The position numbers were made by a program, and so were the translations under genes. Positions 47,605 to 58,709 of a DNA stretch of 64,000 bases are shown in pieces (positions within the stretch are counted from its first letter, which is position 1; each line of letters begins with the position of its first letter). This DNA comes from Somniosus microcephalus (taxonomy: Eukaryota): contig CM126204.1 in the NCBI GenBank assembly GCA_052327205.1, forward strand, positions 127,038,001 to 127,102,000. The letters are read 5' to 3'. The notes beneath the pieces are model-generated. The model had not been told where the DNA came from and did no database searches. It saw nothing but the letters and a program-made list of their open reading frames with translations.

Positions 47605-50600
47605 TGTGGCGCCACATTGGGGAAACACTGTGTGTATGTAGATAAACCTGTATAATCCCCTTTTAACTGCTGTATTCCCCTCCCCCCGCAAGACAGTTGC
47701 AAGCTGAGAGGAATAAGGCATGTTCAGACTTGCCTGCTGCTGAGAGAAGGAAAACCAATCAGGTTTCAGCAGGTGACCAATCCGTGAGTCATCACAGGTT
47801 CGCGGGCTTCACGAATTCAGTACTGTATTGTGAGAGTTGGAGTAAAGACCTATTTCTTGTAGCTCGCTGTGTTGCCTATTTCTTTACGCGGGAGACCGTA
47901 GTCCCCCACATTGGTGACCCCGAATGTCGGCGGCCGAAGCCCCCGACTCACGCAGCCCTACAGAGGCCAGCAACGACCCGACGGCAACCAGCAGCAGCCC
48001 GATGTCGGCCGGCGCCGTGTCCTTGAAGCTCCCCACCTTCTGGGAACACCAAGCACCAGCTTGGTTCGCGCACACGGAGGCCCAATTCACCCTTCGCAGG
48101 GTTCAAGACGATGAAGAAAGGTACCTCCACATAGTCTCAGCACTAGCAAGCTCCACCGCCGCCGAAATTCTCGACCTGCTGGGGAACCCACCACAGACCG
48201 GCAAGTACTCAACCATTAAGGGCCACTTGCTGCAGGCTTACGGCCTGTCCAGTGAGGAGAGGGCCCGCAGGCTTCTCTCACTACCAGGCCTCGGCGACTC
48301 TACCCCGACCCAGTTGATGAGCCGGATGCTTGCGCTCCTGGGCTCGGAACCGCAGTGCTTCTTGTTTCGGGCCCTTTTCCTCAGCCTGCTTCCTCAGCAG
48401 GTACAGACTGCCCTCGTGGGGTCCCCGATCATGGACTGCGTACAACTGGCAGCCGCCGCGGACAAAGTCTTCGCCGTCGCCCAACTCGGCTGTGCAGCCG
48501 CGAGGCTCCCCGACACCACCGAGCGCGCGCCGCCACGCCAGGCCGCAGAACTATGCTACTACCACGCGCGTTTCGGCCACAAGGCCCAACGCTGCAGAGC
48601 ACCCTGCTCTTTCGATCAAACCAATATGGCCGCCCGGCCCAACGCACCAGCCCCGCGCCGCCGCCTAGGCCCGCTCGACCGCAACCCCGCCGCCACGATG
48701 GCCATCGGCACCGCAGGTAAACTGCTTTACATAACCGACTCCCTTTCAGGGCGCAGATTCCTTTGCGACACCGGAGCCCAATGCAGATAATTCCTGCCTC
48801 CCAGCTCGACATCCAGGCAGGCCGCAGCGGCCCACCCCTCGTGGCGGCAAATGGCGCAGCCATCGCTACTTTTGGAAAGCGACGGGCCGAGGTTTGTTTC
48901 AACAGCCAGCGATTTATGTGGGATTTCGTGACGGCCTCGGTGGCACATCCCTTGCTGGGCGCCGATTTTCTTTGCGCCCACAGACTCCTGGTCGACGTCC
49001 GCGACAGGCGCCTGATCGACGCAGCAACTTTCGCTTCACTGGCCTGCCAGCAGAGCAACAGCCCGGCCCTCATCGGGTCCTGCTCCGCCCCGGCGCATGA
49101 TGACTATGCCCGCCTACTCGCAGATTTCCCGAGGCTCACACAACCGACCTTCTCAGCCGCGGCAGTCAAGCATGGTGTTGAGCACCACATCGCCACTACG
49201 GGACCACCAGTGTTCGCCTGGGTCAGATGCCTGGACCCAGCCAAGATGGCGGTGGCCAAGGAAGAATTCACCACGATGGAGAAACTGGGCATCATCCGCC
49301 GCATCGAACAGCCCCTGGTCGTCCCCCCTCCACATTGTGCCCAAGCCGGGCGGTGGCTGGCGCCCCTGCGGTGACTACAGACGGCTCAACGACGCCACCA
49401 CGCCCGATAGATACCCCATTCCGCACATCCAAGACTTCTCGGCACACCTAACAGGAAAGTCGGTCTTTTCCAAGGTCGACCTGATTCGCGGCTACCATCA
49501 GGTCCCCATCCACCACGCAGACGTCCAGAAGACGGCGGTCATCACCCCCTTCGGACTGTTCGAGTTCCTGCGCATGCCCTTCGGGCTCAAGAACGCCGCA
49601 CAGGCCTTCCAACAGCTCATGGACTCCGTCCTACGGGACCTGAGCTTCCTGTTCGTCTATCTGGATGATATCCTCGTGGCTAGTACCAGCAAGGCCGAGC
49701 ACATCGCGCATTTGCGCTCTCTTTTCCAGCGCCTCAGCCAACACGGGCTAATCGTCAACCCGGCCAAATGCCAGTTTGGAGCAGCCCAAATTTACTTTCT
49801 CGGCCACAGAATCTCGCCAAGGGGAGCCATTCCCCTACCTTCCAAGGTGCAGGCGGTGGCGGACTTTCCCCAGCCCACCTCGGTCAAGGCGCTGCAGGAA
49901 TTTTTAGGGATGGTCAATTTCTATCACCGTTTCGTGCCCAAGGCCGCCTCACTCATGCGCCCCCTTTATGAAGCCACCAGGGGCAAAACGGGCAAAGAGC
50001 AACTCACCTGGTCCAGCGAGATGGCGACAGCCTTCCACCAGACCAAAAGCGCCTTGGCCAACGCCACACTACTGGCCCACCCCATCCCGGGCGCCAAGAC
50101 CGCCCTCACCATGGACACCTCGGATTACGCCGTTGGCGCCGTCCAGCAACAGTGGGTTGAAGGCGCGTGGCAGCCACTGGCATTTTTCAGCCGACAGCTG
50201 TGCAAGAACGAGCAGGCCTACAGCACGTTCGACAGAGAGCTCCTGGCCCTGTTCCTGGCAATCTGGCACTTCCGTTTCCTTCTGGAAGGCCGGCTGTTCA
50301 CTGCATTTGTGGACCACAAGCCGCTCACTTTCGCCATGGCCAAAGTAACCGAACCATGATCCGCGCGCCAACAGCGCCAACTCAACTTCATCTCGGAGTT
50401 CACCACGGACATCCGCCACGTTGCCGGCAAGGACAATTTGGTGGCCGACTGCCTCTCAAGACCCTCGCTCCACGCAATGCACCTGGGCGTCGACTACGCC
50501 AGCATGGCGAGAGACCAGGCCGCCGACGCGGAAATCCAGGCCCTCAGGACGTCAACCACCAGCCTCACTCTGGCCGACATCCACTTCCACGCAGCAGGCA

Positions 50601-52254
50601 CAACCCTCCTGTGCGATGTCTCAGTCCCCTCGCCTAGGCCGGTCGTCCCATCCGCCTGGCGCAAGCGAGTTTTCGACATCATCCACGGCCTCTCACATCC
50701 AGGGATGCGTGCGTCTCCGAAACTCATGTCCACCAAGTTCGTCTGGCCTGGACTCCACAAGGATGTGAGAAACTGGACCAACACATGCATGGCATGTCAG
50801 CGCGCTAAGGTCCAGCAGCACACCAAGGCGCCATTGCAGTGTTTCCCGGTGCCCAAGAGGCGTTTCGACCACGTCCACGTCGATCTGGTAGGCCCCTTGC
50901 CACCGTCGCACGGTTTCACACACTTGCTCATGATCGTCGACCGCACCACCAGATGGCCTGAGGCGATTCCCCTCGCCTCCACCACCACGACCGACGTCGC
51001 GCGAGCATTCGTCTCGACATGGGTGGCCCGGTTCGGCGCGCCGACCGACGTATCCTCGGACAGAGGCCCCCAGTTCACCTCCCACTTGTGGAATGCCATC
51101 ACCGCCGGCCTCGGCACCAAGTTCCACAGGACAACAGCCTACCACCCGCAGGCCAACGGGCTCTGCGAGCGCTTTCATCGTTCCTTGAAAGCCTCCCTCC
51201 GCGCCAGCCTGTCCGACACCAGCTGGATCGACAAGCTACCCTGGGTCCTCCTGGGATTGCGCACCGTGCCCAAAGAGGACCTCCGCGCCTCTGCGGCCGA
51301 GATGGTCTATGGCCAACCGCTCAGAGTACCAGGCGACTTCCTCCCCCTGACAACGGAGCCGTGGTCGGCCGCCAGACAGCTTTCCCTGCACCAGGACGCG
51401 GCCCAGCAATTCCGTCCAGTGCCCACTTCGCAACACGGCCCGCAGCCGTCCTACGTGCCTCGAGACTTACGACATGCGGAGTTCGTCTTCGTGCGCCGGG
51501 ACGCGCACAGAGGCCCACTGCAGGCACCATACACCGGCCCCTTTCCAGTATTGGAGACGGGGGACAAAGCTTTTCTTATCGACGTCGGCGGGAAGCCGGA
51601 CCTTATTTCAGTAGACCGCCTCAAACCGGCGCACCTGGACCTCAGCGTCCCGTTTCGGCCGGCTCTTCCCCCATGGCGGGGCAGACCTCCCGCGTTGGCG
51701 GCGGCCCCACAAGAGGACCAAGACACGCCAGAACCTTACTTCCCGGCCGCCGCCCCACCTTCGCCGGCAGCCCATCCAGCCAGCCCACCGGCAGACCAGC
51801 CGCCAGACCAGCCGATGAACCAACCAGCCGACCTCCCAGACAGCCCTCCTCACACGCCAGATGGCTACTACAGCCGCTACGGCCGCTTGGTCAAACCTCC
51901 ACAGAGACTGACTTTTACAGTTAACGAGGATTCTGGGGGGGCGTATGTGGCGTTGCCACATTGGGGAAACACTGTGTGTATGTAGATAAACCTGTATAAT
52001 CCCCTTTTAACTGCTGTATTCCCCTCCCCCCACAAGACAGTTGCAAGCTGAGAGGAATAAGGCATGTTCAGACTTGCCTGCTGCTGAGAGAAGGAAAACC
52101 AATCAGGGTTCAGCAGGTGACCAATCCGTGAGTCATCACAGGTTCGCGGGCTTCATGAATTCAGTACTGTATTGTGAGAGTTGGAGTAAAGACCTATTTC
52201 TTGTAGCTCGCTGTGTTGCCTATTTCTTTACGCGGGAGACCGTAGTCCCCCACA
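47605..52254 (+). mobile_element. full-length compact Gypsy retrotransposon (tRNA-Trp primed)
   Basis: LTRs 47605-47910 and 51946-52254 differ at only a few positions; ACAT TSD; PBS TGGTGACCCCGA at 47912; PPT TCTGGGGGGGCGTA. Confidence 0.96.
47924..51985 (+). pseudogene. Gypsy gag-pol with two frameshifts and one stop
   Basis: LKLPTFW, CYYHARFG..C, FLCDTGA, YLDD, TMDTS, HGLSH..CMAC, SDRGPQF, NGLCER, PYTGPF; lesions near 48788, 49300 and 50357. Confidence 0.93.
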
Positions 52255-53259
52255 ACATATTGTAAAAAGTACCTGCAGAAGACTTTGAAAATATGACTTC
52301 AATAGATGACACCAAGCAATCACATGGTTTTAGATTTGAAAATGGAATAGTTAGGAGATACAACGTCTGCTAATAACCAGTTATGCCAATATTAAGAATT
52401 GAATTGAAGTCCTTTGTAAGAATGGCATCAAAGAGATAAATCTGTTGTAGCCATTTTATGATAAGTTTTGGAACACCTAAACAACAGACAGCATTCTGAG
52501 AGTTGGCAGCTGAAATGACAGTAAGATTAGAAAAGAATTCAATAGAGAATGACTAGAGATAATTAACTTACATCATCAGAAAACTTCAAAGAATAAACCA
52601 CTAAAACAAGGTATAAAAATAGAGCTTTTCAGATGGAAAGTCAGAAGTCGCTGGAAAGGGCAAGCGATTCTCAACTTCAGAGGCAGGCTCTGTAAATTAT
52701 TAATTCTTTGGGTCTTGGGGATTAAGAGGTACTCATTTGATTTTGGTGGATATTCTGGATTAGAAATAATAAGAAATGTAAAAATGTACGAAGTTAAGAT
52801 TTGAGAATAAGGCTCTCTGAGAATAAGAAATGTAAGCTATTTGTATTTTGAACTGCTAAAGTTGCGATTGACTCACAAGCTGTTAACAGTATGTCGGCTC
52901 TTAAATAAATCTATATATTTTTGAATTGTCTCAAATAGTATTTCTGTATCAAACTCGCAAACTCAATTTCTGTACACTCTTTTGTGAGGAGTTGCAGAAT
53001 TCTGGGGGGGGGGCTTTCTGGACCCTCATAATATCCGGAAGGTTACAGTCTAGTTAAACTTATTAAAAGTGCTATCTGGAAGACGATAACATCTTCAAGT
53101 CATTCCTTTCCTTTAGAGAGAGATAGCCTGAACCTTTAGACCCAATTAAGCGTCTTACAGAATTTGGCTGTCTCTAACTTTAGTTGAAGGTGAACGTCTG
53201 GGGAATACGCCTGATCTGGGGTAGCCTGAAAAGGGCTAGGACTAGTAATTATCCCTTCA

Positions 53260-53352
53260 AATGGGCGGGTGTGAATGGGGCGGGTGTGAATCGAAGGGGT
53301 GTGAGAGGGATGAGGGATGTGAATGGGCGGGTGTGAATGGGGCGGATGTGAA
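53260..53352 (+). repeat. right part of the G-rich minisatellite
   Basis: Same subunits as 46740-47146. Confidence 0.85.
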
Positions 53353-53374
53353 TTCCCTTTTGGATTTATTAGTG

Positions 53375-53625
53375 ACTATCTTCTATTTATGGCCCCTAGT
53401 TTTGGTCACCCCCACAAGTGGAAACATCTTCTCTACATCTACTATATCAAACCTTTTCATAATTTTAAAGACCTCTATCAGGTCACCCCTCAGCCTTCTT
53501 TTTTCTAGAGAAAACAGCTCCAGCTTGTTCAGTCTTTCCTGATCGTTATAACCTCTCAGTTCTGGTATAATTCTTGTAAACATTTTTTGCATGTTCTCCA
53601 GCCTCCATATCCTTTCTTGCAATAT
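53375..53625 (-). mobile_element. CR1 ORF2 C-terminal fragment
   Basis: ERLNKLELFSLEKRRLRGDLIEVFKIM..TRGH. Confidence 0.8.
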
Positions 53626-53816
53626 GGAGATCTGAACTTTGTGTAAGTTTCAGGGATATGTGTAAGTTTTAGGCCTTTGAGAAGGTGCAGAGGAGATTTG
53701 CCAGAATGGTTCCAGGGATGGGGGATCTTCGCTACAAGGACAGGTTGGAGAAGCTGGATTTGTTTTCATTCGAGCAAAGGAGGTTGAGGGGTGAGTCATA
53801 GAGTCATAGAGTCATA

Positions 53817-54513
53817 GGCCTAGAAATTGGGTTTTGGCGCAGCCAGGGCTTTAGCGCCGGAAGTTAGTGCCGGCGCTAAGTCCCCCTGCGCGCGCCAAAA
53901 ATTCAGTAGCGCCGCGCCCAAACGGCTGCCGGCGCTACTGGAGGGTTTCAGCGCCTCCCAATGGGCGCTACCTGCCCCATTGCGGCGCTGTTCCGGCGCT
54001 GCAGCGCCCGATGCGGTGCGGCAGGCTGGGGAAGTGCAGGCCTCCTCCTTCCGTTAAGGAGGAGCTGCCTGCACCCGACCGCTGGCCGTTGACGGCTGAA
54101 TAAAAATGAGCCCGGCACCTCGGAGAAGTGCCGGGCTCGCGGCCCACATGCATCTGTGCCGCGGGGGGGTCTTGGAGGAGTCCGGGGAGGGAGGTGCGGG
54201 CAGGCGGCCGCCGGGGAAGCGGCCGGCCGCCGCGCGACCTTAATGCGCCGGCGCTAACTTCAGCAAGGCACCTTTTACAGAACGTTGCTTGCGGCTGCCA
54301 CAGGCGAGGCGGCCGCAACTCAATTTTGGAGTTCGGGCGGGTTACCACGGCAACCGGGACGCTGCGCACACCGATGACGTCATCGGTGCCGGCGCAGCGC
54401 TACCGGTGCAACGCCGCTTTAGAGCCCCACTCAATTTTTCAAATGGCCATAACTCTGGCGCTAGTCCCTCTAGCGCCTCAAAAGCGGCGCTAAGGCTAGT
54501 GAATTTCTAGGCC
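53817..54513. mobile_element. Harbinger-type MITE (inverted paralog of 25214-25879)
   Basis: TIRs GGCCTAGAAATT / AATTTCTAGGCC, ATA TSD, internal homology to 25214-25879. Confidence 0.93.
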
Positions 54514-54585
54514 ATAGAGTTTTACAGCACAGAAAGAGGCCCTTCGGCCCATCGTGTCTGCGCCGCCCATCCCTCCCTGTCCAGT

Positions 54586-56514
54586 CTAATCCCATTTTCC
54601 AGCATTTGGTCCATAGCCTTGTATGCAATGGCATTTCAAGTGCTCATCCAAATGCTTCTTGAATGTTGTGAGGGTTCCTGCCTCTACCACCCTTTCAGGC
54701 AGTGAGTTCCAGCTTCCAACCACCCTCTGGGTGAAAAAGTTCCTCCTCAAATCCCCCCTAAATCTCCTGCCCCTTACCCTGAATCTGTGCCCCCTTGTTA
54801 TTGACCCCCCTACTAAGGGGAAAAGTTCCTCTTTATCTACCCTATCTATGCCCCTCATCATTTTGTACACCTCAATCAGGTCCCCCCTCAGCCTTCTTTG
54901 CTCCAAGGAAAACAACCCCAGCCTGTCCAGTCTCTCTTCATAGCTGAGGCGCTCCATCCCAGGTAACATCCTGGTGAATCTTCTCTGCACCCTCTCCAAA
55001 GCAATCACATCCTTCCTATAGTGAGGCGACCAGAACTGCACACAGTACTCCAGCTGTGGCCTCACCAGCGTTTTGTACAGCTCCATCATAACCTCCCTGC
55101 TCTTATATTCTATGCCTCTGCTAATGAAGGCAAGTATCCCATAAGCCTTTTTAACCACCTTATCTACCTGTTCCGCTGCCTTCAGGGATCTATGTACATG
55201 TACACCAAGGTCCCTCTGACCCTCTGTACTTCCTAGGGTCCTACCACTCATTGTGTATTCCCTTGCCTTATTTGTCCGTCCAAAATGCATCACCTCGCAC
55301 TTTTCCGGGTTAAATTCCATTTGCCACTTTTCCGCCCATCTGACCAACCCGTTAATATTGTCCTGTAGCCTGAGGCTTTCCTCCTCGCAATTTACCACCC
55401 CACCAATTTTCGTGTCATCCGCGAACTTACTGATCATACCCTTTACATTCTCATCCAAATCATTAATGTAGATCACAAACAGCAAGGGACCCAGCACCGA
55501 TCCCTGAGGTACCCCACTGGACACAGGCTTCCAGTCACAAAAGCAACCTTCGACCATCACCCTCTGCCTCCTGCCACTCAGCCAGTTTAGGATCCAACGC
55601 GCCAAGGCCCCCTGGATCCCATGGGCTCTTACCTTCTTGACCAGTCTCCTATGCGGGACCTTGTCAAAAGCTTTACTGAAGTCCATGTAAACCACATCCA
55701 CAGCATTTCCCTCATCCACACACCTAGTCACCCCCTCGAAAAATTCAATCAGATTGGTCAGACATGATTTACCCTTGACAAAGCCATGCTGACTATCCCC
55801 GATTAATCCTTGCCTCTCCAAGTGGAGACTAATTTTGTCCCTCAGAATTTTTTCCAATAATTTCCCTACCACAGATATTAGGCTCACTGGCCTGTAATTC
55901 CCTGGTTTATCCCTGCTACCCTTCTTGAATAATGGTACTACATTAGCTGTTCTCCAGTCCTCTGGTACATCCCCTGTGGCCAGAGAGGTTCTGAAAATTT
56001 GTGTCAGAGCCCCTGCAATCTCCTCCTTTGCCTCACACAACAGCCTGGGATACATCTCGTCCGGGCCTGGGGATTTATCCACTTTATGGCCTGCTAAAAC
56101 CGCTAGTACCTCCTCCCTCTCGATGCTAATATGTTCAAGTATGTCACAGTCCCCTTGCCCGACTTCTATATCTACATCGTCTTTCTCCATAGTGAACACT
56201 GAGGCAAAAAATTCATTTAAAACCCCACCTACTTCATCTGGCTCTACACACAGCTTGCCACTTTGGTCCCTAATGGGCCCTACCCTTTCCCTGGTTATCC
56301 TCTTGCCCTTAATATACTTATAAAACATCTTAGGATTTTCCTTTATTTTGCTCGCCAGTGTTATTTCATGGCCCCTCCTCGCCCTCCTAATTTCCTTTTT
56401 AAGTATGCCCCTGCACCTCTTATACTCCTCTAGGGCTTCCACCGTCTTTTGTCTTTTGTAACTGCCAAAAGCCCCCCTTTTTTTCCTAATGCATTTTTGT
56501 ATATCCTTTGTCAT
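54586..56514 (-). CDS. CR1 ORF2 reverse-transcriptase portion (5'-truncated, open frame)
   Basis: SPGPD, NYRPVSL, QHGF, YMDFSKAFD, GVPQGSVLGP, FADD, WNSLP. Confidence 0.9.
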   Translation of the reverse strand: MTKDIQKCIRKKRGAFGSYKRQKTVEALEEYKRCRGILKKEIRRARRGHEITLASKIKENPKMFYKYIKGKRITRERVGPIRDQSGKLCVEPDEVGGVLNEFFASVFTMEKDDVDIEVGQGDCDILEHISIEREEVLAVLAGHKVDKSPGPDEMYPRLLCEAKEEIAGALTQIFRTSLATGDVPEDWRTANVVPLFKKGSRDKPGNYRPVSLISVVGKLLEKILRDKISLHLERQGLIGDSQHGFVKGKSCLTNLIEFFEGVTRCVDEGNAVDVVYMDFSKAFDKVPHRRLVKKVRAHGIQGALARWILNWLSGRRQRVMVEGCFCDWKPVSSGVPQGSVLGPLLFVIYINDLDENVKGMISKFADDTKIGGVVNCEEESLRLQDNINGLVRWAEKWQMEFNPEKCEVMHFGRTNKAREYTMSGRTLGSTEGQRDLGVHVHRSLKAAEQVDKVVKKAYGILAFISRGIEYKSREVMMELYKTLVRPQLEYCVQFWSPHYRKDVIALERVQRRFTRMLPGMERLSYEERLDRLGLFSLEQRRLRGDLIEVYKMMRGIDRVDKEELFPLVGGSITRGHRFRVRGRRFRGDLRRNFFTQRVVGSWNSLPERVVEAGTLTTFKKHLDEHLKCHCIQGYGPNAGKWD

Positions 56515-57061
56515 CCAAGGTTCCCTTTGCTTGTTGGTCCCACCCTTGACCTTTACAGGAACATGTTGGTGTTGTGCTCTCTCTATTTCCCTTCTGAAAG
56601 CCTCCCACTGTTTTGATGTGGATTTTCCTATAGGTGTACAAGATTATGACAGGTTTGGATAGGCTAGACGGGGAAAGGCTGTTCCCACTAGTTGATGGTA
56701 CAAGGACTAGGGGACACAGATTTAAGGTTTTGGGCAAGAGATACGCAGGGGATGTGCGGAAAAACCTTTTTTACGCAGCGAGTGGTGATGACCTGGAACT
56801 CGCTGCCGACGGAAGTGGTGGAAATGGAGACGCTCATGTTTTCAAGGGGAGACTGGATAGGCACTTGAGGGAAATAAGCTTGCAGGGCTATGGGGATAGA
56901 GCGGGGCAATGGGACTGACTGGATTGCTCTACAGAGAGCCGGCACAGACTCGATGGGCCGAATGGCCTCCTTCTGTGTCATTATGACTCTATGCACCATC
57001 AGTCAGGTCCTATACTGTTGCATAAAATTGCAAGCACTCGCCTCTCTCTACTCAATTAACC

Positions 57062-57299
57062 TATGTGTATTTCTGCATTGTTCTGAAGGGATGGTGAAAC
57101 ACAGTTTGGATATGGACTATTGTTGCACAACAAATCAACTCGATTTTCCAAGTGGCAAAATCCAAGTCTGTTTATCCTTCTCCTTCGAAATGCTAGTAGG
57201 GTCTTGGAAGAACTAGGTGGCGGATATTGTAGGTTCATCTGTCGAGAGAGGAGAGACATCCTGGACGATATATGACCTTCAGACATTTTTAAGCTGTGA
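57062..57299 (-). other. possible host coding exon (unidentified)
   Basis: Non-repeat 76-aa ORF (57286-57056) preceded by acceptor-like TTCTCTGTATTTTGCTAG; weak donor AG|GTTAAT; no recognised homology. Confidence 0.2.
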
Positions 57300-58377
57300 C
57301 TAGCAAAATACAGAGAACACCAATTATTTTATCTCCTTGCAGTACAGCATTCTTGGATACCTGAGGATTTGTAACAATTTGCTAATTATGATTAATATAC
57401 ATTTTCCTCTGGGCGTTGCTATGCTGATATTATTTATTTCTAACAAAAGGACAGCAGACATTATTTACGGATTGATATAGCTCAGCAGAGTGAAATGTTA
57501 ACGTGCTGTCATCGTAGCCTTGATGTTTGAACAGTTGGACTATGACCTTCTCAGGTGTGATTTCCTGGCTGTCCTACTATCCTGTTCAGTTGATTTGCAA
57601 TTCGATTTTTCTGTAGGTCAAGTGGCTCATTTCCACTCATCAAAGTAATAAATCTGAATGACTTTGACTTACCTCCAATTATGTGGCTTAAGCTACTCCA
57701 GTAAATAAGTTAAAACGTGATAAAGCTGAAATGTGGTCGGTATTGGCTTAGTACAAACTGTTGCAAACCTCTTAAATTGCCTTTCTAGCCAACCACCTGA
57801 AAGTACGCCCCTCATTTAATACACACAAGGCATTTTTTTTTCAACAGATGGGAAGCAGAAATGCCTGCTCAAACTACATACAAGCAGCACAATCTAAATT
57901 TTATGATGCAGAGGTGGGTCTCATTACTGGGGAAAGCATAAAAAGAAAATGAGTTTTGTAGAATTAAACACAGGATTACTGTTCCTGTAGAAGGAGAGAG
58001 AGAATACATAGGAGAAGGTTGTTCTAGACATGACTACTATCTCTTTGGTCTAGGAGATGGAGCACAGGATGAGTATGTAGCGTGCATTTTAATCATGTCT
58101 ACAGGTCAAAGAAGATGGAAGACATAAAAAGGGCAATGAGAGACTTTAGCTGTGAATCCTGAATTGAGGAAGATCTGCACGCTCTGGACAGGAGGTGTAG
58201 GAACTGATCTGGTCGAATCTGAGGAACACTTACAGAATTATGGTATAACATGAAGTTATTAACCAAATACATATGGTATAATGCAGTGAGATAATTATAG
58301 ACTCCACTGCACTATAGAAATGTAAAGAACGTATTTAGTTAGACAGCACAATGACTGAGCAGAAATAGATATTATAG

Positions 58378-58709
58378 AAAGAAAGAACTTGCATTTATAT
58401 AGCGCCTTTCACGACCTCGGGATGTCCCAAAACTATTTACAGCCAATGAAGTACTTTTTGAAAAGTAGTCACTGTTGTAATGTGGGAAACACAGCAGCCA
58501 ATTTATGCACAGCAAGTTCCCACAAACAGCAATGTGATAATGACCAGATAATCTGCTTTAGTGATGTTGGTTGAGGGATAAACATTGGCCAGGACACCGG
58601 GGATAACTTTGAAATAATGTCTTTTATGTCCACCTGAGAGGGCAGACGTGGTCTCAGTTTCATGTCTCATCAAAAAGACGGCACTTCCAACAGTGCATCG
58701 CTCCCTCAG
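58378..58709 (-). mobile_element. Deu-domain SINE interrupted by a Gypsy LTR
   Basis: Reverse complement of 95-430; cut at CTCCCTCAG|TGTAATG. Confidence 0.85.

Larger units (their letters stand above)
47147..53259. mobile_element. ~1.46-kb solo LTR (ERV-like or Gypsy) split by a Gypsy insertion
   Basis: TGTAAAGG...CCCTTCA ends, AATG 4-bp TSD (47143-47146 / 53260-53263), interrupts the minisatellite; TATAAAAA at about 52612 and AATAAA at about 52904 suggest plus orientation. Confidence 0.75.
53794..56626 (-). mobile_element. young 5'-truncated CR1 with a (TATGACTC)n tail
   Basis: Uninterrupted 642-aa RT ORF; tail repeats GAGTCATA flank the MITE. Confidence 0.92.
53670..56995 (+). mobile_element. 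older CR1 3' fragment split into 53670-53793 and 56627-56995
   Basis: ...EQRRLRG| and |(D)L..VYKIMTGLDRLD..TRGH join across the minus-strand CR1. Confidence 0.75.

Noticed and set aside
51019-51924. 301-aa overlapping ORF or env candidate
   Set aside because: Alternative frame of GC-rich integrase sequence, with no signal peptide or transmembrane segment.
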